NCBI RefSeq assembly: GCF_009914755.1
Contig: NC_060926.1
Source: the human T2T-CHM13v2.0 reference genome, Homo sapiens
Length of the DNA: 64,000 nt
Direction: 5' to 3' (one strand)
The notes beneath the pieces are model-generated. The model was given only the letters and a program-made list of their open reading frames with translations, ran no database searches and had not been told where the DNA came from. Positions 61,540 to 64,000 of this stretch are shown here, piece after piece; within the stretch, counting starts at the first letter, position 1; each line of letters begins with the position of its first letter. The position numbers and the translations under genes are program-made.

Positions 61540-64000
61540 GTGAGTTACAGCACCAGTACGCCATTCCCACTGGGTTCTTTACCAACATGATGTACTTGCC
61601 AGACATGATTGAAAGATGCTTTTAATGCCATAGGTACAGATTGTTTTTTTGAAGTATATCTCTTAAAAGTGTCTTCAAATTTTCTAGAGGATAGAATTTT
61701 AGACTGAATTCTCTCATCTTCTAAGTAATAGTAATGGATTTTACCACAGATTCATTCCCAATTAATAAAACTTTGCCCCCTTCCCGCTTATGCATGTTTT
61801 TGACAAAATTACATTGTCTTCTACTCATTTAACCTCCATTATCTAAGACTAGAATTTAATCATTTTTATGCTTGCAAAGTTCAATTGTTTTGGTTTGTAA
61901 CACATTTCTTTGCATGTTCTATTTTCCTTTTTTTTTTTTTTTTTTTTTTTGGTAGCATAATGCTCTAAATGATATTCAGCTCTGTAACTGGGGTAACTAA
62001 CACTCATTAAAAAAAGACAAAGAGGAAGAACTAGAGTGTTTTAGACACTGATCATATAGGGTTTGTGTGAAACTCACCATCGTGCAACAGTTAGCAAGTA
62101 AAATTACTAAAAACAAACATAACATATGTTCATGATCATTGAGCATATGGTCAATGAGGAATGTGTGATCTAGGTAAAGTAATTGCACTGTCAGCTTTTC
62201 ACAGAAGCTTTTTTTCCCCCACATTTCAATTCAGATCAATAAATTTTATTGTATGTTTACTCTGTGTAAGGCACTGTGTTAGAAAAGCCTTTCTGAGAAG
62301 AGCTGGGGATGCTTTTTCTTTTAGGGAGGATGTAAACAGGAGAAGATGAAAACTAGGTAAGAGTAAATGTTCAGAAGTCAGTGTTCTTTCTCAAACAATC
62401 ATAGAATCAGAGAATGTTAAGCCTGTGGAGAAATGGAGATGTAGCTTAGTTCATGTCTTCATCCATTCATTCATTCACTTAGATATTCAACAAATATTCA
62501 TTGGGCATTGCTTATGTGTTAGGATTTGTGCAAAGCAAAACATGGTATGGTAGCAAATGGCTGAGAGATACAGTCAGCCCATACTGCACAGATAATTTAC
62601 CGTATCCCCAGCCACCCATTAGCACTCTCCTGCTCTTAGGTGCACAAAGTATGAGTACATTTTCTTTAAATTAGGCAACTCTGTGACTTGAAATATTACT
62701 CAAATAGAAGATCAGAGAGAGAGGAGTTCATTTATGGGCTTGCTGGGTAGAACCAAGGTAAAAAGAAGAAATAATTCAATAGTAATATAATCTTAATCAA
62801 AGATCTTACTTATCCAAAGACCTTACAGTCAAAATACATGAACGTAGTCTCTCTCATCACATTGAAAATTTCCTTGACTGCATATTTGGAACAACAAGTT
62901 TCACATGCTGAATCTCTTCCTAATACACCCAGCTCTATTCCTAACATAACTACAACTACTGCTTGTATCTCATTATTTTTCTCATCTCAAAATTTATTTA
63001 TTTAGTGTTATCTCTTTATGATTTTACCTAGTCAAGGAATATTGTGTTATTTGAAACTTTCAGCAGCATATTAAGTAATATAAATTCTCCAGCATCCCTA
63101 AGAAAATATTTCATTTTTCATATTGAAATAATGTGATAAATTTGATTAAATATTATATTATTACATAGCAGATAATGTTGATATTCCCTCAGGATTAGAT
63201 TTGGTACTAAAATGAAAAACATTCAATTACTAATAACATATCAATTACCAATAAGATGGTAATTACAAATATATTGATTAAAGATTTGTAAATTATCTTC
63301 AGTGTTATTTTTCTGAGGATATATTAGACAAGTATTTACTCTTTTGGCATTTCATTAATGGGCTTGTTTAAAAAGTCAATCTCTTGAAAATTAGCTACTA
63401 AGACTCTCTAATATAGGGTCAACACAATTACTGTGATAAAATCAATCTCTTTATTCAGTTCTAGTTTACTTTTTTAAGTGATCGCATTTGTTGGTACTTT
63501 AAAAGTGATTATGTGTGGTTTTACATGTAAGAAATTACAAAAACTATCCTTGACAGATATACAAGGTAAAATGAAACTGCAACAAATAACAATATAACTA
63601 ATTTTATCTGCTACCTTTTTTCCCCCAAAGTGGAAATAATTACATATACTGGTGGTAGAAAGAAGACTTTCAGATAAATATGGGCAAGACATTTAGTATT
63701 TATATAGTAATCAGGTCAAACCTATATATGGTATGCATATATACTTTTAAGTTTTCTTTGCGTAGGATATATGAGAAAAATCACATTTCTGTACACTGTG
63801 GAATAGATATTTTACTGAAAATTTGTGTGAACATATAGGTCTCGGCTCTACAACACTAGTTATAAATTATTTAACCTAGTTATTCCAATAAGAGTATTAT
63901 ATATACAAGCATAACCAATAACATTTCCATATAAGAAGTGGGGTTTTTGAAACTGTTATCTTTGACTGATCTTCAAAAGCCTGTATCTAACCACTCTAGA

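Overview
AT-rich primate (probably human) nuclear DNA. It carries AluJ/S/Y, L1M, L2, MIR, L3/CR1, MLT/MST LTRs and DNA-transposon fossils (MER5A, Tigger3, MER119, MER63A), plus microsatellites. There is no intact protein-coding gene, and most long ORF-track calls are Alu, L1 or LTR artefacts. The main signal is a chain of about 30 exon-like segments on the + strand from base 1 to ~61.5 kb. They have pyrimidine-AG acceptors, GT donors and mostly compatible splice phases, and they translate into a large protein broken by scattered nonsense codons and one exonic Alu. I read this as the fossil of a large multi-exon gene (probable unprocessed pseudogene) whose family I cannot name. Smaller signals include a TSD-flanked retrocopy of an mRNA 3' end, a two-template local insertion in MER119, a foreign insert in an L1, and an old local duplication. 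All exon, frame and repeat-family calls were made by eye.
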